Below, piece after piece: positions 8,886 to 18,042 of a DNA stretch of 64,000 nt. The stretch covers positions 8,929 to 72,928 of the IMG/VR virus record IMGVR_UViG_3300045958_000007. One strand, written 5' to 3'. The translations under genes were made by a program, and so were the position numbers. Origin of the DNA: a virus. Taxonomy: Duplodnaviria > Caudoviricetes. The notes beneath the pieces were generated by a model, which was given only the letters and a program-made list of their open reading frames with translations, was not told the origin of the DNA and made no database searches. The stretch's first letter is position 1. Each line of letters begins with the position of its first letter.

Positions 8886-10371
8886 TTATGCGGCCTGGGC
8901 AATCTCAGGCGGAGGTGCGCAAGGCATGATCGAGCGTGCAATAAGCAAGCGCCGCAACAAGCGGCACGACGCCATTTCCCAATGCGCGTAGTCGGTCGAC
9001 GCGAGAGCCTCCATGCTCGTCCACCCGACCGGCACGCCCATCAGATGCTCGACAAATCGCGGGTTCAAGATCCGGGGCGAGCAGGAGCAGCCGACGCCAT
9101 GCTCCGAGGTCGGCGGGGCCGGGAGGGAAAACCGGGATATATCCTGTTTCAAACAATGCCGGCGTTTCGGCGATCCCGCGCTTTCGGCCTCCTGCGCGGT
9201 GGGCGTCGACCACTGCCCTGCCGTCTCGCAAAGCGGCCTCGCGTTCCTGCGCTTGATCTTGTCCGTGACGGCTGAACGGTAGTCCTTCGCCTGCGGAGTC
9301 GGCCATTCCTTCACATGCCACTGCAGGTTGCCGCCCCGGTGTTTGGCCGTGTTCGGCCTCTGCGGGCCGCTCATCGCTCCGACCGTATGGGTTGGCCAGA
9401 ACCGCGCCTGCTGATCCAAGCCCTGCTCGTCCCTGCGCTCGCCGCCCCGCGAGCGAAATGAATCGGTGGCCGGGGTCTGCCAGCGCATCACCTGTTTGGC
9501 GAATTCCCCGCCGCCCCCGGCCGTCTTCCCGCGCTTGTCGGTGTTCTGGAAGCCGTGCGGAGTTTTCCAGGTTGCCGCTTCCTCCGCCAGAATCTTGCCG
9601 CCCGTTCCCGGCTTCCGCGTGCTCATCCGCACTCCCTGCGCCGTAACCGTAGGCCAGGTTTTCGCGGCCATCGCTAACGGCACCCCGCAGCCGTTGCCGT
9701 TGTAGCCTTTGGCTTTCATGGCGGCTTTCCGCTTCAGCCACGTCTCGGGCTGCTCGCCGTCCTGCGAGATGGCCGCGTCCGGGCTGGGCCAGGTCCGCGC
9801 CGCGCCCGTCAGCGAATCCTGCGCCCCCGGATGATTCCCGGCGCTCTCCGCGTCCTCCGCCCTCGCGCTCGGCCAGGCAGAAGAGCCGCCGGGCGCCGGT
9901 GGGGGCCCCCGACTTCTGCCGCCGTAAAGAGTCCCGCCGCGCACCTGTAACCCAGGCGTCGTAACTCGCACGCGACTTCAAAGAATCCGAGTCGAGCATG
10001 GGCGTCCACGTTTTCGAGGAAGACCCTCCCGGGCTGGCATTCCCGGATGATCCGGGCGACGTGCGGCCAGAGGTGGCGCGGGTCCTTTTCGGCCCGCTGT
10101 TTTCCGGCGCAACTGAACGGCTGGCACGGGTAGCCCGCGCAGAGGATATCGACCTTTCCCTTCCAGGGGCGGCCGTCGAACGTCTTAACGTCGCTCCAAA
10201 TTGGCGCAGGACGGAGGGATCCGTCTTCAAAGCGCGCAACCAGCCTTTGCGCGACAGTGATTTCCCTTTCCACGTAGCAGACGGTTCTAACTTCGCCGCA
10301 AGCGAGTCGTAATCCGAGGTCGATGCCGCCGTATCCGGCGCAGAGGGAGAGGACGGTAGGTATATCCACAC
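8886..10371 (-). pseudogene. Overprinted alternative-frame ORF (beta-type chain with WPTP repeats and motif IX-like segment), broken by the same frameshift
   Basis: GTG start MWIYLP... 2 nt from the alpha start; continues after the shift as WPS/WKT/WQT/WPT/WST repeats and LNPRFVEHLMGVPVGWT. Confidence 0.65.
8905..10369 (-). pseudogene. dcm: DNA cytosine-C5 methyltransferase (alpha-type chain), broken by a +1 frameshift at about 9889-9893
   Basis: Motifs I (LCAGYGG), IV (GYPCQPFS), VI (FLENV) and VIII (AAEVGGPHRR) in one frame; RLFCLA and motif X (LGNGVVP) in the next frame. Confidence 0.85.
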
Positions 10372-10379
10372 GGGTTCGG

Positions 10380-12614
10380 TTATGCGGCCTGGGCGGCTTG
10401 CGGCCCAGCCGGTTGCTGCGCCTGCGCCTGTTGCGCGGCCTGCTGCTGGTCAAATTGCTGCTGTTGCTGTTGCTGCTGCTGTTCGTGCTGTTGCTGGGCC
10501 TGCTGCATCTGCTGCGCCTGCTGGAACTCCCGCTCCTGCCCGGCGGCGTCGGCCGCGATGGTGAGGTTGGCGTGCTCCAACTCGGCGCGGAGATCGAGCG
10601 CGTGTTTGACCCCGGCGTGATCGAGTTGCGCGAGCTGCGTCATCTGCGCGCTCTTGGCCGTGGTCTCGGCCACCTGGAGCCGGGTCCGGTTGTTCTCGGT
10701 GTTCATCCGCTCCTTCGACTCGATATCGAGCATCTTGCCCTTGAGTAGCTGGAGCAATTGCTGGTTTTCGACCGTGAGCGCCTGGATCAACTGCTGCCCC
10801 TGCTGGAGCTGCGCCTGGATGGCCGGCGGGATGGCGTGCTCGTCCTCGTCCTGCAGGTTGGCCGGGAGCATCTTCTTCAGGCGCTTGGCGATCCGGTCGG
10901 CGCCGGGGAAATCGGAATTCTCGAAGTAGATGTCGGCGACGAGTTGCATCAACTGCGGGTTGCCCTGCGCCAGCGCCATCAGGGTGTCGCGCGTCTCCTG
11001 CCGCGCCGACGTATAGCTGGGCCCCTGCTCCACGGTGACGTCGTACTTGCCGACGTCGAGGCGATGGTGCTTGGTGCGGCCGTCCTGGTCGGTGAACGGG
11101 GCATTGACCCTGATTACCCGCTGTTTCTGGTCCTCCCCGATGATGCGGATTTCGCGGGCCGTATCGTACTTCTTGGGGATGAGGTCGAGGAGGATGCGTC
11201 CGGCGCGCTTGAGGGCGCGCGCCAGGTTGTCCATGAAATGAAAATTGGAAACGTCCCCCTGCTTCTGCAGCTTGCCCACGGCAACGCCGGAGAGGTCCTC
11301 CTTGACCGCGCCGAGCGAGGGGTCGAAGTATCCGGTCGAGGCCTTGATGTCGTCCGCAGCCGCCGCGGCACCGATCGAGAGGGCCTGCACCGGCGGGTCG
11401 AAGGTCCGCCATTGGGGCTCGGGCGCCAGCTTGTCCCCCACGGCCACGGCGTCATATTCGAGATAGGCCGCGTTGTCGCTGTTTGCGCGCTGCCAGTCCT
11501 TGCGTTTCGTTTTGAACTGGCCGACCGCCCCTACCCATTTCGGTTTGGGGGCTAAGGCGATGGTTTCGGCTTCCATCGTCTTGTAGAAGTTGAGGAGCTG
11601 CTGCGGATCGCGGGCGAACCGCGTCATCGAGAAGATGCGGCGCTCGCCCCGCACGATCATCTCGAGGCCGGTCACCATCACGATGGGGATGGTGGAGCCG
11701 TCCCACGGGGTCGGCTCCTCGAGCACCTGCGCGCCGTTGATGATGTACTGGGTTACCTGCGGGATCGAGACCGTGCGCTCCAGGATCTCGCCGTCCGGGC
11801 CGGTGGCCCAGTCCATCGCCTCGATATCGGCGTCGGTGAGGCCGTCCTTCTCCTTGAGGTCCTCCAGGTATTCACGGTGAAGGGTTCCGTCCTCTTCGCG
11901 GCGCATCCGGAGGGTCTTTTGGACTTCCTGGACCTCCCAATACTCCGCGACGAGCCGCGAGGTGGCGTCCATCCACCCCTCGTTTTCGAGGTCGGTGGCG
12001 AATTCGTCGGACAGGTCCGAGGCGTCGGGGCCGAAGCGCGCTTCAAAGGCGTCATTGGCGAAACGCTCGAGCACGAACCCCCACTTGGCATCGGAGCGGT
12101 CGGGCTTCCGCGCATAGCAATCGAGGTAGATCGAAAACGGATCGTCGACCGTGACCGTCTTGAGGTCCTGGTCGAAGCTCTCGTTGTCGGTGTACTCGGA
12201 GGTGTAGCGCCAGTAGCCGAAGCCGCAGCCGGCGGCGTAGAACAGGGCCGTGTCGTAGGCCTGCTCCGCGTCCGAGTCGTACTCGATATGGCGGATCAGC
12301 CCCTGCAGGACCTTGGCGGTGTCGGGGTCGCCTGCCGAGTCCACCGGGTTGACCCGGATGGCCGGCTTGTTCTGGCGCGCCTGGTTGCCGAGTTGGGTAA
12401 CCGGAGGCAGGACTTTGTTGAAGACGAGGCACGGCCGCGGCGAGGGGCCGCGCTCGCGATCACGCTTCACCTTCTGGTCCCACTGCTGGCCGGCGAGAAA
12501 CTCCAGGTCGATGAGCGCCTCCCGCCTGATTTCCTGCTCGGCGGCGACGGCCTGCTGATATCTTTTCCGGGCTCTCTCGAGGACTTGCCGGTACTTACTC
12601 TGGTTGAGCGGCAT
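10380..12614 (-). CDS. Portal protein, P22 gp1-like, with Gln-rich C-terminal tail
   Basis: DLEFLAGQQW, RPCLVFNKV, HIEYDSDAEQAYDTA, RFARDPQQLLN and GKYDVTVEQGPSYTS motifs; start set at MPLNQSKY. Confidence 0.92.
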   Translation of the reverse strand: MPLNQSKYRQVLERARKRYQQAVAAEQEIRREALIDLEFLAGQQWDQKVKRDRERGPSPRPCLVFNKVLPPVTQLGNQARQNKPAIRVNPVDSAGDPDTAKVLQGLIRHIEYDSDAEQAYDTALFYAAGCGFGYWRYTSEYTDNESFDQDLKTVTVDDPFSIYLDCYARKPDRSDAKWGFVLERFANDAFEARFGPDASDLSDEFATDLENEGWMDATSRLVAEYWEVQEVQKTLRMRREEDGTLHREYLEDLKEKDGLTDADIEAMDWATGPDGEILERTVSIPQVTQYIINGAQVLEEPTPWDGSTIPIVMVTGLEMIVRGERRIFSMTRFARDPQQLLNFYKTMEAETIALAPKPKWVGAVGQFKTKRKDWQRANSDNAAYLEYDAVAVGDKLAPEPQWRTFDPPVQALSIGAAAAADDIKASTGYFDPSLGAVKEDLSGVAVGKLQKQGDVSNFHFMDNLARALKRAGRILLDLIPKKYDTAREIRIIGEDQKQRVIRVNAPFTDQDGRTKHHRLDVGKYDVTVEQGPSYTSARQETRDTLMALAQGNPQLMQLVADIYFENSDFPGADRIAKRLKKMLPANLQDEDEHAIPPAIQAQLQQGQQLIQALTVENQQLLQLLKGKMLDIESKERMNTENNRTRLQVAETTAKSAQMTQLAQLDHAGVKHALDLRAELEHANLTIAADAAGQEREFQQAQQMQQAQQQHEQQQQQQQQQFDQQQAAQQAQAQQPAGPQAAQAA

Positions 12615-12906
12615 GGGGGAGGGGTTCGGGCTCGGCCGGCACAACAACGGGCGCGCACTCGTGCGCCTTGCCGGCTCCGCCCGCGGCGCCGCAGAACGGG
12701 CACTCGTCGGTCATCGGCCGGGGGGTAAATCTCAGGTACGGCCGCAGGCGATCAATCATGAGGCGGCGCGCTTCGGGCGCGGCTCCTTCGAGCAGGCGGT
12801 CGAGCATCTCCGGCGTGAAAATGGCGTTCGCCATCAGGGCGATGCGGCGGTCGTCGCGGCGCTCCTGGGGCGAGAGTTTGCGGGGGCGGGTGAAGCGGTG
12901 GCTCAT
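12595..12906 (-). CDS. Hypothetical protein with C-terminal CxxC, paralogue of 4582..4791
   Basis: MSHRFTRP start by ATGA coupling; DRLRPYLRFTPRP motif. Confidence 0.6.
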   Translation of the reverse strand: MSHRFTRPRKLSPQERRDDRRIALMANAIFTPEMLDRLLEGAAPEARRLMIDRLRPYLRFTPRPMTDECPFCGAAGGAGKAHECAPVVVPAEPEPLPHAAQPE

Positions 12907-13139
12907 GCGGCGGGGTCGAACGAGACCCATTGAGTCGTGATGAGGCCGCGGCCTACTGGGAACATTCGCAGGACTAAGCTGAAGTGGCGCGTCTCTTCCC
13001 GGTCCGTGGCGATGTTGTATGTGGTCATCCGCCGATGGATCGGCAGTCGCAGCACTAGCCGCCGCCAGACCTTGCGGCCGAAATGATGGTCGGAACGCCT
13101 CTCGGAGACGTAGGTGCACGGTGCGTATTTGGGTGTCAT
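12903..13139 (-). CDS. Hypothetical protein
   Basis: Fills operon; coupled to downstream gene. Confidence 0.45.
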   Translation of the reverse strand: MTPKYAPCTYVSERRSDHHFGRKVWRRLVLRLPIHRRMTTYNIATDREETRHFSLVLRMFPVGRGLITTQWVSFDPAA

Positions 13140-13166
13140 GGATTGGGGGCTATCTTCGGGGCCGCC

Positions 13167-13376
13167 TTACTCCATCTCGTCGAGGAACCCCGCCAGGGTC
13201 TCGGCCAGGGCGGCGACCGCGGCGCGGTCCAGGCGGCAGCACGGCACCAGTTCGTCGCCCCACTCGACCACCGAGGCGTGGCTGAGGATCAGGGCGACGG
13301 TTTGCACTCCGTCCTCGCCGTCCCCGCTGTCGAGCTGTACCTCGACCACGGGATTGTCGGGTTGCTCGTCGGTCAT
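13167..13376 (-). CDS. Small acidic hypothetical protein
   Basis: Operon position and ATGA overlap. Confidence 0.55.
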   Translation of the reverse strand: MTDEQPDNPVVEVQLDSGDGEDGVQTVALILSHASVVEWGDELVPCCRLDRAAVAALAETLAGFLDEME

Positions 13377-13663
13377 GCTGCTGGTCCGAGGTTCAGATCG
13401 CGCGTAATGGCGGGTGCCGGGTTCTTATCCGGCTCGCGCCATTCGGCGTTGCGGATGCGGTTCAGGTGAGTCAGCATCTTGCGTGGATCCGAGAACACGA
13501 ACGGCACCGGCTTGGGGCCGTGCGTCATGTTGTGCTGCACCTGGAACCCGCCGCCGCCGAGTTTCTGGATATGAACGCTGGCGATCTTCGGCGCCGAGAC
13601 CTTGATCGGCTTCGGCATGGGGATCACTACCTTGGGGACCTTCGGAACACCCGCTATTTTCAT
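13373..13663 (-). CDS. Small basic hypothetical protein (96 aa)
   Basis: Start at MKIAGVPK by ATGA coupling. Confidence 0.55.
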   Translation of the reverse strand: MKIAGVPKVPKVVIPMPKPIKVSAPKIASVHIQKLGGGGFQVQHNMTHGPKPVPFVFSDPRKMLTHLNRIRNAEWREPDKNPAPAITRDLNLGPAA

Positions 13664-14136
13664 GACCGCATCCTGTCGAGACCCTGGACCTGCTTTCCCT
13701 TGTGCGCCGCGGCCACCAGCCGGATCAGCGCCGGCGAGGCCATCGGGGCGCGCTTCGGGTCCGGTCTCCAGAGATTGCAGCAGCCGCCCGGGTCGATCCG
13801 GCCGGCCGTGTCGCCCGGCGAGCGCCGGTTCACGCGCTCGCAATCGAGCTTTGAGATCGAAAAGTGTTCGCAACGCTTGCAGGAGAAGCCGCCGGGGTTC
13901 TCCATGTAGCCGAGCTGGCCTTTATTGAACAGGCCGAGCCACGGGACGGCGATCCGCGATTCCCCGTGGGCGAAGTAGTTGCAGCTTCCGGCGTTCGCCG
14001 AGACGGGCGCAGAGCGGCCGTACCACGCGCACCCGAGCCTGCCATTGGGGAGCGCCTTCGTCATGGTGCATTCGCCGCAGCGATATTCCACGCCGGGCCG
14101 GTACTGGTAGCCGGCCTCCGCCTTCGAGATCTTCAT
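13660..14136 (-). CDS. Tandem HiPIP-like four-Cys domain protein, no export signal
   Basis: Two units: SKAEAGYQYRPGVEYRCGEC...C...GSCNYF and KGQLGYMENPGGFSCKRC...C...IDPGGCCNLW. Confidence 0.65.
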   Translation of the reverse strand: MKISKAEAGYQYRPGVEYRCGECTMTKALPNGRLGCAWYGRSAPVSANAGSCNYFAHGESRIAVPWLGLFNKGQLGYMENPGGFSCKRCEHFSISKLDCERVNRRSPGDTAGRIDPGGCCNLWRPDPKRAPMASPALIRLVAAAHKGKQVQGLDRMRS

Positions 14137-14139
14137 TGT

Positions 14140-14340
14140 TCAGTCGGCGCGCATCCTGGCGAGTCCCTGGAGCTTTGCGCGGTGCTTGCGCTCCATGGCT
14201 TCGCCTTCGGCGGTGACCTGGTTCCCGTGCATGGCGCCGATTTTGTTGAGCGTCCCGTACACCGCGTGATCGAGGGCGCGGCCTTTCTTGCCCTTCGCGC
14301 GGTACTCCCGGCGTAGCTTATCTTCGAGAAAATTGGGCAT
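14140..14340 (-). CDS. Conserved small basic phage protein
   Basis: MPNFLEDKL...AVYGTLNKIGAMHGN...MERKH pattern. Confidence 0.65.
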   Translation of the reverse strand: MPNFLEDKLRREYRAKGKKGRALDHAVYGTLNKIGAMHGNQVTAEGEAMERKHRAKLQGLARMRAD

Positions 14341-14343
14341 GGC

Positions 14344-16086
14344 TCATCGGCACCCCACCAGCGCATTAGGCAGCGGAAACAGGCATGGCGTTGGCCCGGG
14401 AATCGTGGACAGATTCGTAGGCTCGGATGGATTCCAGCTATACGGCGCGTTGCCGCTGATGCCAGGAATGCGGAAGGTTAAAGCGTAGTTCCGCATCGAG
14501 TCGCCGTTCCAGTTGTTCCCGGCCGAGTCCCCGACATTGCCGCGAGGTCCATTTTGCGGACCGGCATAGCCGATGCCGCTGTCCAGTTTCCAGTCGGAAT
14601 AGCTGGTCCCGGTTGAGCCGTAAGCGGCCGTAATGTTCAAGCTGACGCTGGTACCGCCCCCATAGCTGGTAACGGTGCCGGTCATGTAGTTGGCCGGGTT
14701 CGCGGTCGAGTAGCAGTAGATGTAATCGCCAGCCCCGAAGCCGGAACTGGCGTTCGGGATCGCGAAGGTTTGGGAGCCTGTCTGGTCTGGATTGTTGGAG
14801 GTGGCACTTGCGGCGGCGCAAACGCCCGTCGAACAGTGGCCGCTTGGCGACGTCCATGCATAGCGCAACTCAAAGGTTTCGGTTGCGGCCGGCGTCCCCG
14901 ACAGCGTAATTCGGACCGTATCGTTGGTTGCCCCCTTTAGGGCCACCGATGAAATGGTGAAGCCGCCTGCGCCGGTGTCCGTCAACTCGAAACCATAGTT
15001 GCCGTCCGGCAGCGCGGCCACATTGGTCGTATCGAGCACGAGCGGCAGCGTTGGTACCCAAAACTGCACGTCGATGTACTGGCCCGTGACCGTAATGGAA
15101 CGCGGCGCAAACGGCTTCCAGCCCAGGTGCTGATACGTGACTCGCGCCAGAGCGGCGCCCTCGATGGCGCCTTGCTGCCGATATCCCACGGCCGTCTTGT
15201 GTACGCCATCAGGCCCATAGGCATAGGGGTAGTCAGGTCCAAAGCAGAAAATTGTCCCGTCCGAATAATGGTCAAGACACGCCTGAAACTGACCTACCGG
15301 AACACCATCCCCGCTGGTTGACGCTGTTGGCGTGCTACGGACGGAGCCGCCCAGTGAGGCAGAAGCCCAGGACGACTTCTGCCAGATGAACAACGGCACC
15401 AGCCCGGTCTGACTCAGAACCGAGTTAAGCGAGGTCTGGTAGTCGGACTGAAGCTGAACCATGTCGGCCTCATAGGTCGAGTAGGTGGTCGAGCCGTTCA
15501 TTTCGCTTTCGCCCTGGTTATAGGAGACGGCCGGCGTGTAGAACTTCTTGCCCAGGCCGGTGGCAATCTGTTGGGCGCCCCACGCGCCCGAACTCGTTAT
15601 GCCATCGTTCGGAGTTAGGTTGCCCACGGCGTCGTTAAATTCACAGTTCGGCGAACCCGGCGTGCCGCCTGTGCAACTGGTGGCGCCCTTTTTCAGGATC
15701 GCGTAGGACGCTCCCGGCCATCCGTAATCGTCGGTCGCGCAAACCCGACCCGTTGCCGTGTTGTATTGGTTGCACATCGAAGTCGCCGGGCTTTCCAGCG
15801 ACGGGGGTGTGAGGCCGTTCCAGGTCTTGGGGACCAATGTGGTGAACGACGTATTCCCCCACGGATACAGGCCGTTGGAGGGATACATCATGAGACTGCC
15901 GTAAGCCGATCCCGACGTGCAGTTTGCATACCCGGTCGAGCTACAGTAGCCCGCCCAGCCCACGGACAGCGATTGCCCGTACCGGACAATCCAGATGATG
16001 TAATTGCCGGCGGCGTGGGCGACACCGATCCATGCGAAGGCCAACAGAAGAAAACAGAGGGCGTAGTACGCAAAAGTGCGCTTCAC
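14344..16086 (-). CDS. Secreted SGNH-superfamily esterase (SASA / sialate O-acetylesterase-like) with C-terminal beta domains
   Basis: Signal peptide MKRTFAYYALCFLLLAFAWIGVAHA; YGQSLSVG, YNQGESE and DGVH catalytic blocks. Confidence 0.75.
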   Translation of the reverse strand: MKRTFAYYALCFLLLAFAWIGVAHAAGNYIIWIVRYGQSLSVGWAGYCSSTGYANCTSGSAYGSLMMYPSNGLYPWGNTSFTTLVPKTWNGLTPPSLESPATSMCNQYNTATGRVCATDDYGWPGASYAILKKGATSCTGGTPGSPNCEFNDAVGNLTPNDGITSSGAWGAQQIATGLGKKFYTPAVSYNQGESEMNGSTTYSTYEADMVQLQSDYQTSLNSVLSQTGLVPLFIWQKSSWASASLGGSVRSTPTASTSGDGVPVGQFQACLDHYSDGTIFCFGPDYPYAYGPDGVHKTAVGYRQQGAIEGAALARVTYQHLGWKPFAPRSITVTGQYIDVQFWVPTLPLVLDTTNVAALPDGNYGFELTDTGAGGFTISSVALKGATNDTVRITLSGTPAATETFELRYAWTSPSGHCSTGVCAAASATSNNPDQTGSQTFAIPNASSGFGAGDYIYCYSTANPANYMTGTVTSYGGGTSVSLNITAAYGSTGTSYSDWKLDSGIGYAGPQNGPRGNVGDSAGNNWNGDSMRNYALTFRIPGISGNAPYSWNPSEPTNLSTIPGPTPCLFPLPNALVGCR

Positions 16087-17174
16087 TGGATCACCAAGTC
16101 CACCACGACGACCACGTTGGCGTTAGTCGTGTAAGTGCCCGGCAGAAGCCCAATGTCCAGGGTTTGGCCTGCGGTCACGGCCTGATTGAGCCCAGACACA
16201 TAGCCTTGCACTTCGGCGCTACCCGGCATGTTGCCGGTAAACAGATTCACCAGCGTCCCGTTGCCGCAGTTTCCGGTGTTCCCTGCCACGCAAATTGCAA
16301 TTTGCGTGTTCCCCCCGGGCGAGGTTGAACCGGCGCTATTGAGCAGATTATAAGTAGCGGCCTTGATCGTCCCTGTCTTCGGCGAAACGATGGAATAGGT
16401 ACTGCCGTTGCTCCCCGTGGACGCGCTATTCGGGTACATGGCGGCAAAAACGTAGGTAGACGTGTTGCTGGCCAGCGTAGAGTTGTGCAGATCCATGTGA
16501 ACAACGGTCTGGCCCGTGCCGCCGCTCTGCTGCGTCCATGCGTTAGCGGAGCCGCATTCGTAGATGTTTTGGCCCGCGGTGGCGTCGGTAGCAAAGTAAA
16601 GCTGACCCTGTGTACAAGTTCCCGGCATGGCGGCAGTAGTCCCCTTTTGGACCGGGAGTGTCGTTGCCGCGCTCATGTCCTGCGTGGTGCCGGAGCTGTA
16701 GGTGTTGCTTGTGGTAGTGCTGACGTTGCCCGTGCCGGCCGGTCCCTGCGGGCCTGTCGCGCCCGTCGCGCCAACTGGCCCCATACTGCCGGTCGAAATC
16801 GAGCACGTCCCCGAAGTAGAGGCGCTGAACGTGATGGTGGTGACGTTGGCGCTCGTCGCCACGACAGACGAAACCGAAGTAGACGCGCCCGAGGAGCCCA
16901 GCTCATTCCCCGAGGTGTCATAGCAGGCGACCCACGGCTGGCTCGTCCCGAGGTTGTGAGTGGCGGCCAGAGTCGTACCGGACGCGAAGGTGCATCCTGT
17001 CGTCCCGGTTCCCCCGGTGATGGAGCACGTCGCCGGCGCGGTAAAAGAAACCGTCGCGGGAGTACTCCCGGTCCCGCCGCCGCCGCTGCCCCCGGTGACG
17101 ACGGGCGGGGCTACTGGCACCTGAGCGAGTGCAACGCTCGCGAGGCACGTACCCAACACCAGGGCGCGAATCAT
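16083..17174 (-). CDS. Secreted fibre-like protein with short collagen-like stretch
   Basis: MIRALVLGTCLASVALAQ; GPVGATGATGPQGPAG; Thr/Gly-rich with Cys pairs. Confidence 0.7.
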   Translation of the reverse strand: MIRALVLGTCLASVALAQVPVAPPVVTGGSGGGGTGSTPATVSFTAPATCSITGGTGTTGCTFASGTTLAATHNLGTSQPWVACYDTSGNELGSSGASTSVSSVVATSANVTTITFSASTSGTCSISTGSMGPVGATGATGPQGPAGTGNVSTTTSNTYSSGTTQDMSAATTLPVQKGTTAAMPGTCTQGQLYFATDATAGQNIYECGSANAWTQQSGGTGQTVVHMDLHNSTLASNTSTYVFAAMYPNSASTGSNGSTYSIVSPKTGTIKAATYNLLNSAGSTSPGGNTQIAICVAGNTGNCGNGTLVNLFTGNMPGSAEVQGYVSGLNQAVTAGQTLDIGLLPGTYTTNANVVVVVDLVIQ

Positions 17175-17659
17175 TTCTCCCTCCAGACCAGGGTGATGTT
17201 TGCGGTTCCCGTGATCGAGGAAATCGTCACGGTGTAATTGGCTCCTGTCCCGGCTCCCGCTCCGAAAGACAGCTTGGAGAGGTCCAGGTTGATCGTGTTC
17301 GGCGCCGAAGCGAGGTGGGTGATGCCGCCGATCGCCGTCCCCGCCCCTACGTTCGATGCGGTCCAGACCGTGGCACTCGCCGGAGGACCTCCGGGCGGCA
17401 GCGCGGCCGCCGTGCCGGCGGTTGCGGTCGCGGCCGAGCCGTTGACCGATTGCGTGATGTTGCAGGTGACCGAGCAGTAGACCACGGCGGTTTCGAGCTG
17501 CAGGAGTTTCCCCCCACTCGCCGGCTGCTGGATCGTGAAGCTGGTCCCGGCGGCGGTGAGGTTGACGTCGCCAGTTGTGGCCGAGTAGCGATACTGCGCC
17601 AGCGCGCAGGCGGGCAGAAGACAGAGCAGCAGAGCGATGCTGCGAAGCGGGAATTTCAT
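17171..17659 (-). CDS. Secreted beta-rich protein
   Basis: MKFPLRSIALLLCLLPACALAQ signal; GGAG ribosome-binding site upstream. Confidence 0.75.
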   Translation of the reverse strand: MKFPLRSIALLLCLLPACALAQYRYSATTGDVNLTAAGTSFTIQQPASGGKLLQLETAVVYCSVTCNITQSVNGSAATATAGTAAALPPGGPPASATVWTASNVGAGTAIGGITHLASAPNTINLDLSKLSFGAGAGTGANYTVTISSITGTANITLVWREK

Positions 17660-17703
17660 AGGGAGGGGGACCTTTGGAAACCTAACGGCGGATCTTTGGC
17701 AAC

Positions 17704-18042
17704 TTACGGGCGAACCTTTGGCAACTCAGGGCGCAACAGCGCCCGGGTCAGCCGGGCGAAAATGCCGCGCGGGCGGCGCGGGGCCGCAATCGCTACCGGC
17801 TCGACCTTCGCCGGTGAGTACTTCCGTTCAAACACCTCGCGCGGATTGAGGTAGGTATAGCCGTCCGCCTGGATGACCACGTAATCGCCCGGCTTCGGCT
17901 GGATCCGCGCGAGCATCCCCGGCGTAGCCAGGAAGGTCCGATCGTTCTCCGTAACGATCAGAACGTGATCGTCATGGGCGGGTTGCCCCACTCTCGCGAT
18001 GCGGAAGGCTTCGACCTCGATAGGCTTGGCGCGATACTTCAT
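17704..18042 (-). CDS. Conserved phage protein (KYRAKP...PGDY...FERKY type)
   Basis: MKYRAKPIEVEA and KPGDYVVIQADGYTY motifs; ATGA coupling. Confidence 0.65.
   Translation of the reverse strand: MKYRAKPIEVEAFRIARVGQPAHDDHVLIVTENDRTFLATPGMLARIQPKPGDYVVIQADGYTYLNPREVFERKYSPAKVEPVAIAAPRRPRGIFARLTRALLRPELPKVRP

Noticed and set aside
10380-10560. Gln-rich CAG/CAA-type repeat as a contingency locus
   Set aside because: In-frame low-complexity tail of the portal, consistent with the helical barrel of P22-type portals
17704-18042. Known anti-defence sponge (Tad/Acb type)
   Set aside because: Motifs do not match the Tad2 or Acb2 sequences I recall; no basis for the call without a search
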